The notes under the pieces: generated by a model
Told to the model about the DNA's origin: nothing
Seen by the model: the letters and a program-made list of their open reading frames with translations, nothing else
Databases searched by the model: none
DNA from: Deltaproteobacteria bacterium
GTDB lineage: Bacteria > Myxococcota_A > UBA9160 > UBA6930
Direction of reading: 5' to 3'
Length of the DNA: 64,000 bases
NCBI GenBank assembly: GCA_029261815.1
Contig: JAJDAQ010000061.1
Span: 23,965 to 87,964 of the forward strand
Made by a program: the position numbers and the translations under genes
Part shown: one piece after another, positions 1 to 9,811 of the stretch
Position numbering within the stretch: the stretch's first letter is position 1
How the letters are laid out: every line of letters starts with the position of its first letter

Positions 1-13
1 TCGCGCCGCGGTC

Positions 14-490
14 GTGAAGTCTGGCGCGACCGCATTGTTCGACGGTGCGTTCACCCAGATGCGAAACTCGGCCGTGACCAGCCAGTTCGCCGAACACCGG
101 ACCTACTACGTCGACGGGAAGTCGGTGTCCGAAGCCATCCACTACGGCTACGACCTGGCCTCCGTTTCGGGCGCTCCGATCGAAGCCTCGAACGCCGGCG
201 TTGTCGTTCACGCTGAGCCGCTCGGGATCTACGGCAACTGCGTCATCGTCGACCACGGCCTCGGCCTGATGAGCTTGTACGCACACCTGCGTGAGATCGA
301 CGTGAAGGTCGGCGACCGCGTTGCCAAGGCGCAGCGTCTCGGACGCTCAGGCGCGACCGGCCTCGCGGGTGGTGACCACCTCCACTTCGCGATCCTGGTT
401 GGCGCCACCTACGTGGACCCCAAGGAGTGGTGGGACCCCAAGTGGGTTCGAGACCGCATCGCACCCGCAATGGCGGCCGCCTTGCCGTGA
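14..490 (+). CDS. M23 family metallopeptidase, C-terminal part (probably truncated by window start)
   Basis: HYGYD (HxxxD), YAHL and HLHF zinc motifs. Confidence 0.9.
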   Translation: MKSGATALFDGAFTQMRNSAVTSQFAEHRTYYVDGKSVSEAIHYGYDLASVSGAPIEASNAGVVVHAEPLGIYGNCVIVDHGLGLMSLYAHLREIDVKVGDRVAKAQRLGRSGATGLAGGDHLHFAILVGATYVDPKEWWDPKWVRDRIAPAMAAALP

Positions 491-1215
491 GCCGCGGCCG
501 TGCGGCCAGATCACTCCCCGTCGCGGCCGATCTCGAAGGGAAACTGATCAAGCGCTACAAGCGCTTCCTCGCTGACATCGAGCTGGACGATGGCCGCATG
601 ATCACGGCGCATTGTCCGGACCCCGGAAGCATGCGTGGCCTCGCCAACCCCGGAGCGCGGGTTCGCTGCTCCACTTCGGACAATCCGAAGCGTAAGCTGG
701 CCCAAAGCCTCGAGATGATTCGTGCCGGCCGCACCTGGGTCGGCGTCAACACGGCTCGCGCCAACGCCATCGCTCGGGTCGCGGTCGAGAATGGGCTGGT
801 ACCGGAGCTCGCCGGTTTCGCGTCGATGCGTGCCGAGGTTGTTGCCGAACCCGGTAGCCGTCTCGACTTCTTCCTCTCCGAGCACGACCGAGGCGCCCCG
901 CCGACCTGGCTCGAAGTCAAGAGCGTCACGATGGCCGAGGGAACCCTCGGGCGCTTCCCGGATGCCGTCACCGAACGCGGGCGCAAGCACGTCGAGCTCC
1001 TGCACCGCCTCGCGAAGGCCGGCGGACGGGCCGCTCTCCTGTTCGTCGTTCAGCGCGGCGACTGCCAGAGCGTCGAACCCGCCGACGAGATCGACCCAGC
1101 GTACGGCACGGCCCTGCGGGCTGCGGCAGCCGGCGGCGTCGAAGTGCTGGCCGTCCGCGCCCGCGTCAGCCCCACGCGCATCCGCCCCGAGTGCGCGCTA
1201 CCCGTCTGCCTATGA
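487..1215 (+). CDS. sfsA: SfsA DNA/RNA nuclease-fold protein
   Basis: RYKRFLAD, HCPDPGSM, EVKSVT, FPDAVTERGRKH; GTG start overlaps upstream TGA. Confidence 0.93.
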   Translation: MSRGRAARSLPVAADLEGKLIKRYKRFLADIELDDGRMITAHCPDPGSMRGLANPGARVRCSTSDNPKRKLAQSLEMIRAGRTWVGVNTARANAIARVAVENGLVPELAGFASMRAEVVAEPGSRLDFFLSEHDRGAPPTWLEVKSVTMAEGTLGRFPDAVTERGRKHVELLHRLAKAGGRAALLFVVQRGDCQSVEPADEIDPAYGTALRAAAAGGVEVLAVRARVSPTRIRPECALPVCL

Positions 1216-2273
1216 AGGCCTTGCGGCGCGACCTCCTCCGTTGGTACCGCGCGAACAAGCGCGACCTCCCGTGGCGCCTGACGCGCGACCCGTATGCCAT
1301 CTGGATCTCCGAGACGATGCTCCAGCAGACGCGCGTCGACACCGTCATTCCGTACTACGAGCGGTTCCTGAAGCGCTTCCCCACGGTCGAGGCGCTGGCC
1401 GATGCAGCGCCCGATGACCTGATGCAGCTCTGGGCCGGGCTCGGCTACTACTCGCGCGCGCGAAACCTCCATGCTGCCGCACGAACCGTATCCGACGAAT
1501 TCGGCGGCAAGCTTCCGGACGATCCCGAGGCACTCCAGACACTGAAAGGTGTCGGGCGCTACACCGCGGGCGCCGTGGCATCGATCGCCTTCGATCGCCC
1601 GGCACCCATCGTCGATGGAAATGTCATGCGCGTACTGACGCGCGTCCTCGACCTGCACGACGACATCCGGCTCCCGGCCACCCAGAAGCAGCTCTGGGCA
1701 GTGGCCGAAGAGCTGGCCAAGGGGCCCTCCCCCGGCGACCTCAACCAGGGCATCATGGAACTCGGTGCCATGATCTGCACGCCCAGGGCACCCAAGTGTC
1801 TACTCTGCCCGATCCGAAAGCACTGTCGGGCGCAGGGCAACGGGGAAGCGGAGAAGCTCCCGGTCAAGAGCAAGGCCGCAAAGGCCAAGCGCGTCGAGGC
1901 AGCCTGCGGCTTCCTTCTCCGCGATGGCAAGATCCTCGCCGCGCGCCGGCCGCCGGAGGGTTTGCTAGGCGGCCTCTGGGAACTCCCCGGCGACGATCTC
2001 GCCGACGGGGAAGCACCGGAGGAGGGACTCGCCCGTGGCCTCCGAGAACGGCTCGGCCTCGAGACGAAGAACCTCCGCGCCACCGCGGCCGTCAAGCACG
2101 TCTTCACGCACCGCGTACTGACCCTGCACGTCTTCCGCGGCGAGGTCGCTGGCCGCCGCGTACGGCGTTCCTTCTACGACGCGCACCGCTGGTGTACGCC
2201 GTCGGCGCTCCGCGGCCTGCCGTTCTCGGTCGTCGCGGACAAGGCCCTGCAGTCGGGAGACACCAACCCTTGA
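1212..2273 (+). CDS. mutY: A/G-specific adenine glycosylase MutY
   Basis: RDLPWR, SETMLQQT, GLGYYSRARNL, VDGNV, CTPRAPKCLLCPIRKHC Fe-S motif, Nudix-like C-terminus. Confidence 0.96.
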   Translation: MKALRRDLLRWYRANKRDLPWRLTRDPYAIWISETMLQQTRVDTVIPYYERFLKRFPTVEALADAAPDDLMQLWAGLGYYSRARNLHAAARTVSDEFGGKLPDDPEALQTLKGVGRYTAGAVASIAFDRPAPIVDGNVMRVLTRVLDLHDDIRLPATQKQLWAVAEELAKGPSPGDLNQGIMELGAMICTPRAPKCLLCPIRKHCRAQGNGEAEKLPVKSKAAKAKRVEAACGFLLRDGKILAARRPPEGLLGGLWELPGDDLADGEAPEEGLARGLRERLGLETKNLRATAAVKHVFTHRVLTLHVFRGEVAGRRVRRSFYDAHRWCTPSALRGLPFSVVADKALQSGDTNP

Positions 2274-2665
2274 CTGACAGCGCATTCGAGACCGCGCCGC
2301 GATCCGGCGGCACGGAGGGCTGGGCGCGCGGAACGGACCGCGCATTGGTCGCGCGACTTCGAAAGGGTGACCCGCCCCCGACCTGGGAGATCGACCTCCA
2401 CGGGTTCACGGCCGACGAGGCACGCGCGGACCTCCGAGATGCGGTGCGGGAGGCCTACGACGAGGGCGAACGCTGCGGGCTGGTCATTCATGGCCAGGGA
2501 CACGGCTCCGAAGGAGGCCCCGTGCTTCGCGCGGGCGTCCCCGCCTGGCTCAGCGCGCCCCCGATCGGCAGGCTGGTCCTCGCATTCACTCCCGCCCGTC
2601 CGGCCGAAGGCGGTGTCGGCGCGACGGTCGTGTTGCTACGACGTCGCCGAGCAGATCGGAACTGA
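2270..2665 (+). CDS. Small Smr-domain protein
   Basis: [25 protein letters not shown]; TTG start overlaps mutY stop. Confidence 0.85.
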   Translation: MTDSAFETAPRSGGTEGWARGTDRALVARLRKGDPPPTWEIDLHGFTADEARADLRDAVREAYDEGERCGLVIHGQGHGSEGGPVLRAGVPAWLSAPPIGRLVLAFTPARPAEGGVGATVVLLRRRRADRN

Positions 2666-2685
2666 ACGCCTATCCTGTGCCGACC

Positions 2686-3777
2686 ATGGCTTCCCAGTTC
2701 GGCACCCTCTTCCGCATTGCCACCTTCGGCGAGTCCCACGGCGGCGCCGTGGGCGTCGTGGTCGACGGCTGTCCGCCGCGACTCGCGATCTCGCGGGACG
2801 AGATCCAGTTCGATCTCGACCGGCGGCGCCCAGGCCAGAGCCGACTCACCACGCCGCGGCAGGAAGACGACCAGGTCGAGATCCTCTCCGGCGTATTCGA
2901 AGGCCGAACGTTAGGCACGTCGATCGGTCTCGTCGTCCGGAACAAGGACGCGCGCCCGTCCTCCTACGAAGACTTCAAGGACGTTTTTCGCCCGTCCCAC
3001 GCTGACTACACCACCGAGGCCAAGTACGGCATCCGCAATTGGCAGGGCGGCGGTCGGGCCAGCGCTCGCGAGACCATCGGCCGTGTCGCGGCCGCTGCGA
3101 TCGCGCGCAAGATCCTCAAGGAGGCAGCCGGCATCGAAGTGCTCGGCTGGGTCCAGAGCGTCCATGACATTGAGGCCGACGTTGACCGCGACCGCGTCAC
3201 CCTGGAACAGGTAGAAGCGCAGGACACCCGCTGCCCGGACGCGGCTGCGGCCACGGCCATGGAAGAAGCCATCGATGCCGCACGCGAACGCGGCGATTCG
3301 CTCGGCGGAACTGTCGAGTGCGTCGCACGCGGCGTTCCAGCAGGCCTTGGAGAGCCCGTCTTCGAGAAACTCGAAGCCGATTTCGCCCAGGGGCTGATGT
3401 CGCTTCCGGCCGCCAAGGGCTTCGAAGTCGGCAGCGGCTTTGCCGGAACCCGGATGACCGGCCTCGAACACAACGACCCGTTCGTACCCGGAGAAGGGGG
3501 ACGGCCGCGCACGACCTCCAACTACTCGGGCGGAATCCAGGGCGGAATCAGCAACGGCGAGCGCATCGATCTCCGCGTGGCATTCAAGCCGACGGCAACG
3601 ATTCGCTCGGCCCAGAACACCGTCAATCGAGCGGGAGAGGCTGTCGTCCTCGAGGCGCGCGGCCGTCACGACCCGTGCGTACTGCCGCGTGCCGTTCCGA
3701 TGGTAGAAGCGATGGTCTGCTTGACGCTATGCGACCACTGGCTGCGCCAGCGTGCAGTCGACGTACTCCCTCGCTAG
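2686..3777 (+). CDS. aroC: Chorismate synthase
   Basis: [29 protein letters not shown]. Confidence 0.97.
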   Translation: MASQFGTLFRIATFGESHGGAVGVVVDGCPPRLAISRDEIQFDLDRRRPGQSRLTTPRQEDDQVEILSGVFEGRTLGTSIGLVVRNKDARPSSYEDFKDVFRPSHADYTTEAKYGIRNWQGGGRASARETIGRVAAAAIARKILKEAAGIEVLGWVQSVHDIEADVDRDRVTLEQVEAQDTRCPDAAAATAMEEAIDAARERGDSLGGTVECVARGVPAGLGEPVFEKLEADFAQGLMSLPAAKGFEVGSGFAGTRMTGLEHNDPFVPGEGGRPRTTSNYSGGIQGGISNGERIDLRVAFKPTATIRSAQNTVNRAGEAVVLEARGRHDPCVLPRAVPMVEAMVCLTLCDHWLRQRAVDVLPR

Positions 3778-3785
3778 GCACGGGA

Positions 3786-4229
3786 CTACGGAAGCAGAAC
3801 GAAGCCGGTGCCGAACGCGGCAGCGCCCGAGAACACCGAGAGCAACGCGAGGATTCCGTGGATCTCGGGCTCTCGACTCTGCCCTTTCTCCAGGCGTCGG
3901 CCGAGGGCCGCTGTCGCGAGGAAGAGCACGAGCGCTGTCGTACTGACGAAGCCATGCGCGGTGCTGAAGACATCCCAGCCTCGCAGCAGCACGACCGACA
4001 ACAGCCCGGCACCGAATCCGATCAGCAGCATTCCCATCGTCGGCTTCGCGAAGCGCAGGTGACTTCGATAGTCGGCCGCGTCCTTTCGAATTCCCCGTCG
4101 CCGCGCAGTTCGTAGCCGCAGCCCGGCGCGCAACGTCACGACGGCCATGGCGAGACTCGCCAACATCCACACAGGATGCAGGTAGGCCAGATAGAAGGAG
4201 ACAGGGTCCACTCCGGTGGCGTCTGCCAC
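3786..4229 (-). CDS. Four-TM membrane protein with His residues (DUF4079-like)
   Basis: Hydrophobic helices with YLHP, SHLR, TAHG, IHG; ends GFVLLP. Confidence 0.65.
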   Translation of the reverse strand: MADATGVDPVSFYLAYLHPVWMLASLAMAVVTLRAGLRLRTARRRGIRKDAADYRSHLRFAKPTMGMLLIGFGAGLLSVVLLRGWDVFSTAHGFVSTTALVLFLATAALGRRLEKGQSREPEIHGILALLSVFSGAAAFGTGFVLLP

Positions 4230-4234
4230 GCGCG

Positions 4235-4960
4235 CTACTCGACCTTGTGGATGGCATCGTCCGGGAGCTTGGCCAACAACGCGTCGAGCGAGTCCTGCAA
4301 ATAGCCCGCATCACGCGACTCAAGCGTCAGCAGCACGTGGAACATCTCCTCACCGATCTTGGGGTAGGAGCCCAGCATCAGCTCCGGGAATTCCTGCAGG
4401 AGTTCGTTCAGCGAGTGGGCGATGTCGCTCTCGCGCTGCTTGACGTAGACCTGCTTCAAGAGCACGGGAACACCGCGGAAGCGGCTGCGGATCGACTCGA
4501 ACTTCTTGTAGAGAAGCTCCGGAATTCCGGGGAAGACGTGCACGTTCTGGACGATCACCACGGGGAACCACAGGTCGCCGGCATCCACGAGCTGCGAGCC
4601 ATCGGGAACCATGGCCATCTTGAGCTGGCTCTCGTTCGGTGGCTTGTTTTGCGCGCGCTCGATGCGCGCCGCGATGCTCTCACTCTTCGTGATCTCGAGG
4701 TCGAAGGCCTGGGCGACGGCCTCCATCGTCATGTCGTCGTGGGTCGGGCCGATGCCGCCGGTCGTGAAGACGTGGTCATACGCGTCACTCATCGAGCGGA
4801 CTTCGCGTGCGATGCCTTCGACATCGTCCGGGATCGTCAGGATCCGCTCGACCTCGACGCCCAGCTCGCGCAGCTCGCGACACAAATAGGGCGAGTTCGT
4901 GTCCGTGACCTTCCCGGACAGAATCTCGTTTCCGATGATGAGAATCCCGGCTGTGGGCAT
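4235..4960 (-). CDS. Stand-alone CinA N-terminal / COG1058 molybdopterin-binding-fold protein
   Basis: IIGNEILSGKVTDTN, TTGGIGPTHDD, FPGIP, GSYP. Confidence 0.88.
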   Translation of the reverse strand: MPTAGILIIGNEILSGKVTDTNSPYLCRELRELGVEVERILTIPDDVEGIAREVRSMSDAYDHVFTTGGIGPTHDDMTMEAVAQAFDLEITKSESIAARIERAQNKPPNESQLKMAMVPDGSQLVDAGDLWFPVVIVQNVHVFPGIPELLYKKFESIRSRFRGVPVLLKQVYVKQRESDIAHSLNELLQEFPELMLGSYPKIGEEMFHVLLTLESRDAGYLQDSLDALLAKLPDDAIHKVE

Positions 4961-5047
4961 CGCGGTAGGGTATCCCAGCCGTCGGAGGGTTGCCGACGCT
5001 CTCGCAGCCCGACCCGTCGCGCTCTCCCGGTTGCCTACACTCGCGCG

Positions 5048-5356
5048 ATGGATCACGAAGTGCAGTTCGAACGCCGCGTTCGGGGCGTGACGGAGCGCGT
5101 GTACGTCCGCGTCGCGGACGGAACCTCGCTCTGGCATGCCGCCCGCGACCAGGGACTGCCGGTGGCCACGTCCTGCCAGGGCTCGGCCCTTTGTGCACGA
5201 TGCGGGATGCAGATTCGGGAGGGAGAGGCCGCGCTCAGCGCTGAGACGGAGCCCGAACGCGTCGCCAAGGGACGCGGCAATGTGGACCCCGCGCAGCGTC
5301 TCTCCTGCCAGGCCTTCGTGCACGGAAACGTCGTCGCCACGACGACATACTGGTAG
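5048..5356 (+). CDS. 2Fe-2S ferredoxin
   Basis: SCQGSALCARC...RLSCQ in the 3' part of ORF 4247..5356. Confidence 0.85.
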   Translation: MDHEVQFERRVRGVTERVYVRVADGTSLWHAARDQGLPVATSCQGSALCARCGMQIREGEAALSAETEPERVAKGRGNVDPAQRLSCQAFVHGNVVATTTYW

Positions 5357-5363
5357 GCGAGCC

Positions 5364-5750
5364 GTGGGCGGGCAGGCCATCATCATCGTTGACCACGGCA
5401 GCCGCGCGGCAGCTGCGAACGAGCAGCTCGACGAAATCGCCGAGCGGCTGCGTGCACGGCTGCCCGAAGCGCAGGTCGAAGCCGCTCATATGGAGCTTGC
5501 CCAACCCGACTTGCCGACCGCAATCGACCAATGCGTCACCCGGGGCGCATCCACGATCACGATCGCGCTCTGGTTCCTGGCCCCAGGTCGACACGGCGCG
5601 GGGGACATCCCGCGGATCGCGTCCGAAGCCCGCACGCGTCATCCGGGGATCGAGATCGTCACCACCGAACCGCTTGGTGTACACGATGGGCTCGTCGATG
5701 CCCTCACTGACCGCATCAACGAAAGTGCCAGTCGCTCGCGAAAGGCGTGA
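5364..5750 (+). CDS. CbiX/SirB-type sirohydrochlorin chelatase, short form
   Basis: IVDHGSR, AHMELAQP, FLAPGRH, PLGVH. Confidence 0.87.
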   Translation: MGGQAIIIVDHGSRAAAANEQLDEIAERLRARLPEAQVEAAHMELAQPDLPTAIDQCVTRGASTITIALWFLAPGRHGAGDIPRIASEARTRHPGIEIVTTEPLGVHDGLVDALTDRINESASRSRKA

Positions 5751-6456
5751 GTTCGAGTGCGCGAGCGACCGCCCGAGACGCCCCGTTGTCGAGGCGCGCA
5801 CTATAGAGCGGGACCACGCCGTGCCGAGTCATGGCTGCGGCCCAGGCATCGACCGCGTCGGCCGCGAATCCCCTGCCCCGATACGCCGCGAGCGTTTCGA
5901 CGCCGACCTCGCAGCCGCGGCCCGGCGTCGTCGCGCAGAACGCCAGCGAGACGGGCGCCCCGTTCTCCAGAATGCCGAACACGGGCCCACGCAAGGCGAG
6001 ACTTCCGGCCAGGTGCGGGAACGCCAGTGCCGCCTCCGAGACCTCGGCGGGCGTAAGCGGACGAGCCTGCGACCCCGCACGACCTCCCACATCGTCGAAG
6101 CGATAGGCCAGCCCGGAAAACGCGTGTGTGACCGGGTGCCGCTCCTCGATCCGGACGCGCATGGCGTGCAGTCGTTCCGGAACAGCTTCCAGATCGGGCA
6201 CTGCGCGTTCGGCTCCCGCGAGCCGGGCCAGGTCCCGCGTCAGATCTTCGTCCAGGCCTGCGCGCAGCCGCCAGAGGTTCCCGAGCCGCGTCTTCCCGAA
6301 GAACAGGAATGGCGCGCCGTCATCTTCCGCTGACGGATCGTTGAAGCGAACGATCCGGCCGTCGTCATTGTGTTCATAGAGCGAACCGATCTGGAGGGTG
6401 AGCCAATCGAGGTCGTGCCCCAGCGCGTCAGGCGTCGCGGCCATGCTCGTGCTCAT
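5716..6456 (-). CDS. GNAT family acetyltransferase
   Basis: GVETLAAYRGRGFA acetyl-CoA motif, NGASRAVARAL; start uncertain. Confidence 0.8.
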   Translation of the reverse strand: MSTSMAATPDALGHDLDWLTLQIGSLYEHNDDGRIVRFNDPSAEDDGAPFLFFGKTRLGNLWRLRAGLDEDLTRDLARLAGAERAVPDLEAVPERLHAMRVRIEERHPVTHAFSGLAYRFDDVGGRAGSQARPLTPAEVSEAALAFPHLAGSLALRGPVFGILENGAPVSLAFCATTPGRGCEVGVETLAAYRGRGFAADAVDAWAAAMTRHGVVPLYSARLDNGASRAVARALELTPFASDWHFR

Positions 6457-6706
6457 GGACCTTCCAGGTCGCGCGGGCGGCCATCGAGCCGGTTGCAGTG
6501 AAGATGGCGATACAGAAGAGCAGCGTCGCGGCAAAACTCCAACTCGCAAGACCTTCGGGGAGCGGAACTTCCTGGATGTTCATGACGACCAGCGACATCA
6601 AAGCGCCGAGCGGCAGCCCTCGGGACAACAAGCCCTGCCGAAGCACGAACGCGCGCGGCCCGCGCGCGCGAATCGCAGCCCACTCCTCTCGGTCATAGCG
6701 TCGCAT
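6428..6706 (-). CDS. Small two-TM hypothetical protein
   Basis: MRRYDREEWAAIRARG followed by two hydrophobic segments. Confidence 0.55.
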   Translation of the reverse strand: MRRYDREEWAAIRARGPRAFVLRQGLLSRGLPLGALMSLVVMNIQEVPLPEGLASWSFAATLLFCIAIFTATGSMAARATWKVHEHEHGRDA

Positions 6707-6734
6707 GCAGCGAGGATGGCGCCGGCTCGGGGGC

Positions 6735-7940
6735 ATGTCATCTTCGGCGCGCATGACGCGTCTCTCGGCATTCTGGTTCGTGTACATGGCCGGGCTCGGG
6801 CTCGTCTACCCGTTCCAGGCTGTCTGGTACCAGGACAGTGCGGGGCTCACGGGCTGGCAGCTCGGCATGGTGCTGGCCCTCCGGCCGATCATGGGCATCG
6901 TTGGCCAACCCTTGTTCGGCCGCATCGCGGACCGCAGCGGTCGGCGCGCCCTGACGCTGGCCGTCGTGCTGGCGGGTGCCGGCGTCGCCTACTTCGTCCT
7001 GCCCTGGGCGCCCGGCATCTGGGCCGTCGTTGGCGTGGCCGCGGTCGCCGCCTTCTTCGGAACGTCGGTGATGTCGCTCGGGACGTCCGTGAGCATGGCG
7101 GCCCTCGGAAGTCAGGCGAGCCAACGCTTCGGGAGCGTCCGCGTCTGGGGCACGGTCGGGTACGCGATCGTTCTCTTCGCGTTTCCGCGTCTGCTGGGAG
7201 CCTGGCGAGACCGCGAGGGCCTGACCGATGCCACCGGCGAGCCTGGCCTCGGCGCGATCTTCATGGGGATGGCCGTCTTCTGCCTGCTCGCGGCCGTGGT
7301 CGTGGCCCGGGTCCCGATCGCGGGCCAGGCCGCGGCGAAGAGCCGACGCGGCGATGTCGCCCTGCTGCTGAAGCACCGCCCATACATCGCCCTGTTGGTC
7401 GTGACCTTCCTGGGCCATGGCCTCCTCCAGGGCCCGATCCAATTCTTTCCACTGCTCGTCGCCGAGCGCGGTGGCGGATTGACCGATGTTTCGAACCTCT
7501 GGCTCCCGATGCTGGGGATGGAGACCCTGCTTGTCGCCTACTCGAGCCGAGGGGCCGACCGTTTCGGACCGAAGGCCCTGATCGGTGTCGGCATCGCGGC
7601 CGACGGATTGCGCTGGGTGCTGACGCTTCTCGCTCCGACCCTGGGCTGGATGATCTTCCCGCAGTTCCTTCACGGCGTCGTGATCGCCGGCTTCCTGATC
7701 GGGACCGCGCTCTACGTCGAACAGGTCACTCCCGATCGCTTGCGTTCAACAGGCCAGGCGGGGCTCGCAATGGTGGGTGTAAGTTGTGCGACCGCGTTCT
7801 CAAACCTATGGGTGGGCCTGAGCGTAGATTTATGGGGGATCAAGGCCCCATTTTGGGTGGGCGGAGTTGGAGCGATGACCCTGGGCGTTCTTGCGCTCCT
7901 TTGGCTCCCGAAGCCGCAGAAGATGGCCGAACTCCCCTAG
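6735..7940 (+). CDS. MFS transporter (MFS_1-like, HcaT/nucleoside permease type)
   Basis: About 12 TM helices, GRIADRSGRR, FGSVRVWGTVGY. Confidence 0.88.
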   Translation: MSSSARMTRLSAFWFVYMAGLGLVYPFQAVWYQDSAGLTGWQLGMVLALRPIMGIVGQPLFGRIADRSGRRALTLAVVLAGAGVAYFVLPWAPGIWAVVGVAAVAAFFGTSVMSLGTSVSMAALGSQASQRFGSVRVWGTVGYAIVLFAFPRLLGAWRDREGLTDATGEPGLGAIFMGMAVFCLLAAVVVARVPIAGQAAAKSRRGDVALLLKHRPYIALLVVTFLGHGLLQGPIQFFPLLVAERGGGLTDVSNLWLPMLGMETLLVAYSSRGADRFGPKALIGVGIAADGLRWVLTLLAPTLGWMIFPQFLHGVVIAGFLIGTALYVEQVTPDRLRSTGQAGLAMVGVSCATAFSNLWVGLSVDLWGIKAPFWVGGVGAMTLGVLALLWLPKPQKMAELP

Positions 7941-7962
7941 GGGCCGGTGTTTATACTCAAAT

Positions 7963-7990
7963 TTGACGATACTGGTTGAATTCGTACAAT
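7963..7990 (+). promoter_or_regulatory. Sigma70-type promoter of the tetR-RND operon, likely leaderless
   Basis: TTGACG-N16-TACAAT in an AT-rich patch; ATG 7 nt after the -10. Confidence 0.65.
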
Positions 7991-7997
7991 ATCGGCC

Positions 7998-8633
7998 ATG
8001 TCGCAAGTGGCCCCCCAACCGCTCCCGGCACGGATCGACCGTGCCGAACGAACTCGCCAGCGCATCCTCGATGCCGCCGGAAGTTGCTTTGCCGCCACCG
8101 GGTTTTCGAAGACCACGGTGGAAGAGATCGCCGCCCGCGCCGGCGTCTCCAAGGGCATCGTCTACCACCATTTCGATGGGAAGGACGGACTGCTCGAACG
8201 CGTGGTCGAGCGGCTGTGCGCCGACTGGGTAGAAGTCAGCGGACTCCACACGTGGATCACACGGACGGACTCGCTAGAGGACGCAATCAGCGGGATGCTG
8301 CGCGCGTCGCTGGCATACGCGCGAACCCATCCGCTGGTGAAGGGACTCTTTACCCTGGACCCGCTGGTCACCCGCGCGCTCGGCTCGAGCGAAAGCGTCA
8401 GACGCGTCACCGAAGCGTCTCGTCGGCACATGGTGGACGAGATCCGTGCCGGCATCGAACGTGGCGAGCTGCGCTCCAGCCTGGACCCCGACCGCGTGAC
8501 CGACGTCATCCGGTTGATCGACATGGCCCTGATCGACCACTTGCTGTCGCGGGACTGGATCGATGTCTCCGACGACGGGTTCGTCGATGCCTGCCTGGAC
8601 ATCCTCTTCAACGGGATCGGAGGTTCGCAATGA
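7998..8633 (+). CDS. TetR/AcrR family regulator
   Basis: TTVEEIAARAGVSKGIVYHHFDGK HTH. Confidence 0.95.
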   Translation: MSQVAPQPLPARIDRAERTRQRILDAAGSCFAATGFSKTTVEEIAARAGVSKGIVYHHFDGKDGLLERVVERLCADWVEVSGLHTWITRTDSLEDAISGMLRASLAYARTHPLVKGLFTLDPLVTRALGSSESVRRVTEASRRHMVDEIRAGIERGELRSSLDPDRVTDVIRLIDMALIDHLLSRDWIDVSDDGFVDACLDILFNGIGGSQ

Positions 8634-9811
8634 ACCGGCCTGCCTCGCCCACCACACTGCTCCTGACGGCCGTATGTGCCGCCGCCCTCCTCGTAGGCTG
8701 CTCGGAAGCCAATACGGCCGACGACCTGCCGCCCGTTTCCGCCACCGCCCAGGCACTGGGCGACGCCGACCAGCCAGAAGAAGGTATTGAAGTCGAACGC
8801 GTCGAACGGCTGGCTCTGCGCGCCCGCGTTGCAGCATCGGGCACGGTCGAGGCGCGCCGTCGGACCGAAGTCGGCGCCGAAGTCACGGGCCGCATCACCC
8901 GCGTTCACGTCGATGTCGGCGATGACGTGCCGGTCGATGCACCCCTGTTCCAGATCGATCCCGTGCCGTACCGCATGGTCGTGGCCGAAGCGCGCGCAGC
9001 CCTGGCCCTCGCAAAGGCCGAGAGTGCCAACGCCGACTCGGAAGCCGCGCGCATGCGCGTTCTGGTGGAGCAGGCGGTCGCATCCGAACAGCGCTGGGAC
9101 CAGCTCCAGACTGTCGCCGCGGTCTCGCGCGCCCGCGTGGCGGCCGCCCAGGCCCGCCTCGACCGCGCGCGCCGTGATCTCGAGCGAACCGTGGTGCGCG
9201 CTCCGTATGCGGCCAGCGTCGTGGAACGACGCGCCCACGAAGGCCACGTCGCAGGCATGGAACCCATTCTGGTGATCCAGGAGCAGCATGCGCTCGAGGT
9301 CATTCTCGATGTGCCGGAAGCGACGCCGGTGCCCGTACGCGTCGGCGACGCCGCGATGCTGTTCGTCGAGGGCCTGGCGGCGCCAATCGCGATCGAAATC
9401 GATCGCGTCGCCGGTCGCGTCGACCCCCATACCCGGACCTACGAAGTGCGCGCCGATGTCGTGGACACGCGCGGGCTCCTGAAGGCTGGAAGTTATGCGC
9501 GGGCCGAGATCCAGCCGACGCGGATGGCCCCCCAGGCAGTAGTCGCGGACACCGCCGTTCTCAACCGCGATGGCCGCAGCTATCTCCTTCGGGTCGAGGA
9601 CGGTGTCGTGCGGCACGTCCCGGTCCGCATCGGCATCCAGGTCGACGGACGAGCCGAAGTGCTCTCCGGCATCTCCCCCGGCGACTGGGTCGTGACCGGT
9701 GAAGCGGTCGTCCGCCTGGCGGATGGCACGCGGGTCGCTGGTGTCGGCGCTGACGTGCCTGCGCTCTCGACTGCGCATCAGCCGGCGACGCCCGAGGAGC
9801 CCGGCACGTGA
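8630..9811 (+). CDS. RND efflux periplasmic adaptor (lipoprotein)
   Basis: LLVGC lipobox, GRITRVHVDVGD lipoyl motif, helical hairpin, VDPHTRT. Confidence 0.93.
   Translation: MNRPASPTTLLLTAVCAAALLVGCSEANTADDLPPVSATAQALGDADQPEEGIEVERVERLALRARVAASGTVEARRRTEVGAEVTGRITRVHVDVGDDVPVDAPLFQIDPVPYRMVVAEARAALALAKAESANADSEAARMRVLVEQAVASEQRWDQLQTVAAVSRARVAAAQARLDRARRDLERTVVRAPYAASVVERRAHEGHVAGMEPILVIQEQHALEVILDVPEATPVPVRVGDAAMLFVEGLAAPIAIEIDRVAGRVDPHTRTYEVRADVVDTRGLLKAGSYARAEIQPTRMAPQAVVADTAVLNRDGRSYLLRVEDGVVRHVPVRIGIQVDGRAEVLSGISPGDWVVTGEAVVRLADGTRVAGVGADVPALSTAHQPATPEEPGT

Noticed and set aside
1950-2075. Active MutT domain fused to MutY
   Set aside because: Nudix box is degenerate (RGLRER); the normal MutY C-terminal domain
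8162-9778. Long antisense/alternate-frame ORFs (also 57942..60008, 35209..36543, 6398..7966, 44666..46123)
   Set aside because: Shadow ORFs of recognisable genes, expected in high-GC DNA; no motifs
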